Source of the DNA: Hyphochytrium catenoides
Lineage: Eukaryota; Protista; Hyphochytriomycota
Length of the DNA: 64,000 nucleotides
Assembly (NCBI GenBank): GCA_900088475.1
Contig: FLMG01000516.1
Location: 74,527 to 138,526 of the forward strand
Direction of reading: 5' to 3'
The position numbers and the translations under genes were made by a program. Position 1 is the first letter of the stretch, and each line of letters opens with the position of its first letter. Of this stretch, positions 61,427-64,000 are shown one piece after another. The notes under the pieces were generated by a model. The model ran no database searches. It saw nothing but the letters and a program-made list of their open reading frames with translations, and had not been told where the DNA came from.

Positions 61427-64000
61427 CCTCACTGTGTATCCTCTCTCTGTCTCTTCCTTCTCCTCTCTCACTCTATTTCTCTCTCTCTCTCTCTCTCTTG
61501 TCACCTTTTTCATCTGTCTATCTCACTCACAAAAAGTTCCACTTCCTCCCAAAAAGCCGCGTGTCGCTCTGATCTTCGCTCTTTTGTCTCTCTTCTGAGC
61601 AGGGAGAAGCGTCACTATCAGCCTATCGACCCGCCTCTCTATCGACAGTTGAAGTCGATCTTCATCTCTCTTGAGCCATTCTACCATAAAGATGAAGGAG
61701 AAGAGAAGAGCAAAGAGAAAGAGAGAGAGAAGGAGAAAGAGAGAGAAGACCCTTTCCTGCTTGCAATCGCTGGCGTTCATCGGGAGAATTATCTTCGCCT
61801 TCAGCCGCCCTGGACATGTGCTGAGAGAGAAAGAGAGCAGCCTCTCTGCTCTCTTCGTACTAAAAGCAAAGCTAGAATTAAGGTAAATCTGATCGTGTTG
61901 AGGGACTACCGAAAAAAGGGAGTAAGAGGAAGACAGCGAGAGCAAGAGAGAGAGAGAGGGAGAGAGGGAGGGAGATTGTGACGCTATCCTGTTTCGTAAT
62001 TGTGAGGGAAGAAAAGGGAGTGGGAAGAATGAACGAGAGAGAGAGACAATAAGACGACAAGAGAAGTTGTAAGAGGAAGAGAGAGAGAGAGAGAGCAGGA
62101 GAGAGAGACAGAGAGACAGAGAGAAAGAGGGGGAGAAATAGAGGGGGAGAGAGGGAGAGAACGAGAGAGAGACAGGGAGAGAGAAGGGAGGGGTTGGGGT
62201 AGCTGAAAGAGATAGTAAATTGAGTAGGGTTGAGGACAAGCGAGAGACTAAGTTGACGACGAGAGATAAGGAAACGGGAGTTGTCTTCACTCTTCTTCTC
62301 CTACTCTTTCTGACCAAATCTCGTCCTTCTCTCACAGATGGAAAGCTCTATCGCGGCTCTCGCTTCCTCTTCTTCCCCTTCCTCGCTGCTGGGCTCTCTC
62401 TCTCCCTACAGCCGCCCAGTGGTTGTGTCTTTTATTCTCTCCCCCTCTCTCCAAGCGTCTGCGGCTGTCGAGGAGGTGCTGAAGGCTCTTTCCTCTTCCT
62501 CTTCGCTGGAGATATTGACCTTGGAAACAGAGCGAAAAAGGGTTTTAAGACTTGGAAAGACACTGGAGAACCAGGTCAGCTCGCAATCCCAGAGTCTCTC
62601 CCTCTGCCCCTCTCTCTCATCTTTCTCCCATTTTCTCTCTCTCTTTCCTGCACTCTCTCTCTCTCTCTTTTCTTTGCATTCTCTCGTTCTTGCTATCTCT
62701 CTTTCCCTCTCTTTTCTCGCTCTCTCTTTTCTGTCTCTCTCTCTCTTTGTTCTCTCTTTGTTCTCTCTTCGTTCTCTCTTCTCTCTATCCTGCTACTTTC
62801 TCTCTTTCGCCTTTTCCTACTTCTCTCTCTTGTGGTCCTCTCTCTCGCTCCTTCTACATTAACCTTGTTCTCCAGGCCTCCGAGAACTCAACAGGCAGTA
62901 AGTCTCAGAACAAAGACAGTCTCTCTTCTTCTCTCTCCCATGAGCAGGTGAGTATGCGGCTAAGCCTTTTACTGTCCTAAAGTTCCGTTCGCTCCTTCGG
63001 TTGCTTACCTTGTACCGCGTCCCTTCTGGGCCCCATATCTCATCGGTGTCCGTCTCTGTCTCTCTTCTGATCGTCTCTCAGCCTTCCTCTCTCTTTCTCG
63101 TGTCATTTTCTCTCTTCGTCTCACTCGCTCTCGAAGTCTCTCTCTCTCTCTAGCCTTCTCATGCTTTTCTCTTTCCATTCCAGGCTTGGTGGGTCTCTCT
63201 TTCTCCCTTTTCCTCCCCTGTCTCTCTCGTCACTTCTCCAATTCCTTCTCCTTTTTCTCTTATCTTCTGTCTTTCTTGATCCCTCCTTCTCGTTCCCGTT
63301 GCGTCGCATATCTCCCTCACAATATTCCTCTGCTCCTCTTATGTAGCAATCCGTTCTCTCTCTCTCCGGCGAGCTCGAAGAGACTGAAGGCTCTGTTCTG
63401 TCCGAAGACCTTAGCGCTCGGCTGATGGCGTGCAGCCTCAAGGAGAGACTGTCGACGCTCGATCAGGGGCAGCAAGAAAACGGCTTTATTATCCTCAACT
63501 ACCCCAGGTCATCACCCTTACTCTCCCTGTTCATAATGCTCTCTCTCTCTCTCTCTCTCTGTCTCTGTGTCTCTCTCTCTCTCTCTCTCTCACTCTTTGT
63601 CTCTCTCTCCACTTCCTCTTTCTCGTTGCCCCGTTCCCTCTCTCTAAATCTATATCTATCTATCCGTCCACCTATTCGTTTCTCCCTGGTCTGGCTCTCT
63701 CTCTCGCGTTCTGTAGCAGATTGTCTCACGCTTGTCTACCTGGGGCGTTCCGCTCTCATTGAGTAACACCACTAGTCGTGCTCCTCTTTTCGTCATCTCT
63801 CTCCATTCTTCCTCTCTCCCCCTTTCTTTCTCTCTTTCTCTCTGTCCCTGACATACATGTCTCTCCGTGTAGCACGTTGCAGCAAGCTCAATTATTAGAG
63901 AAAGAGTTGACTGGCTTTGAGGAGGAGACCTCAGACGGCGGATCATCAGGAGGAGTCGAGAGCGAGAGAAGAGCTCTAGGACTTGATGCAGCACTGGTCC
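57951..64000 (+). CDS. SPEF2: Sperm flagellar protein 2 / CPC1-like central-pair protein (partial, continues past the window; gap at 61106-61140)
   Basis: N-terminal calponin-homology domain MASLLLNWVNDEVGLS...ERDFASGFLLAELL...KNF...L..LGV...RGAASKILLKLK, long E/K/R coiled-coil exons, LIDLAL...LYRQLKSIF, then adenylate-kinase-like remnants (LSEDLSARLM...NGFIILNYP). Confidence 0.8.

Noticed and set aside
56000-64000. Many ORF-track entries reading SLSLSL or RERERE (also at 8.0-8.4, 13.0-13.4, 43.1-43.5, 49.3-49.7 and 53.3-53.7 kb)
   Set aside because: They are translations of (CT)n/(GA)n microsatellites in introns or intergenic DNA, not proteins.
1-64000. Reassigned stop codons (TAA/TAG read as Gln), suggested by stops in decayed frames
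   Set aside because: Conserved genes have no in-frame stops in the exons reconstructed and end properly with TAG (TMEM94, phosphatase, ERGIC3), TAA (DUF900 gene) and TGA (GalE, GT31).

Overview
Gene-dense, intron-rich eukaryotic nuclear DNA read with the standard code, rich in (CT)n/(GA)n microsatellites, with two assembly gaps (13142-13183, 61106-61140). A SPEF2/CPC1-like gene implies a flagellated organism; a protist, plausibly a stramenopile, is my inference only. Spliced genes were rebuilt by hand from the sequence. In order: 3' end of a probable subtilase, an HGG/GHSAG esterase, a membrane DUF900-type hydrolase, intronless GalE, a nest of three decayed REL-endonuclease (CRE-like) non-LTR retrotransposon fragments, an intronless GT31 core-1-type galactosyltransferase, TMEM94, a Siw14/Oca-family phosphatase, ERGIC3, a SHAQKYF-class MYB with a CxxC..HxC tail, TTC33, FAM98, a GT90/CAP10 glycosyltransferase with a GC-AG intron, and SPEF2 (runs off the window). 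The most unusual signals are: (i) two related retrotransposon relics arranged as an inverted repeat, one carrying six exact 3-nt tandem duplications in about 225 bp, a texture repeated across other non-coding tracts; (ii) intronless GalE and galactosyltransferase genes flanking that nest; (iii) many introns with a GA-rich 5' part and a pyrimidine-rich 3' end. No tRNA, rRNA or CRISPR array was recognised. No previously undescribed system is established from this window alone.
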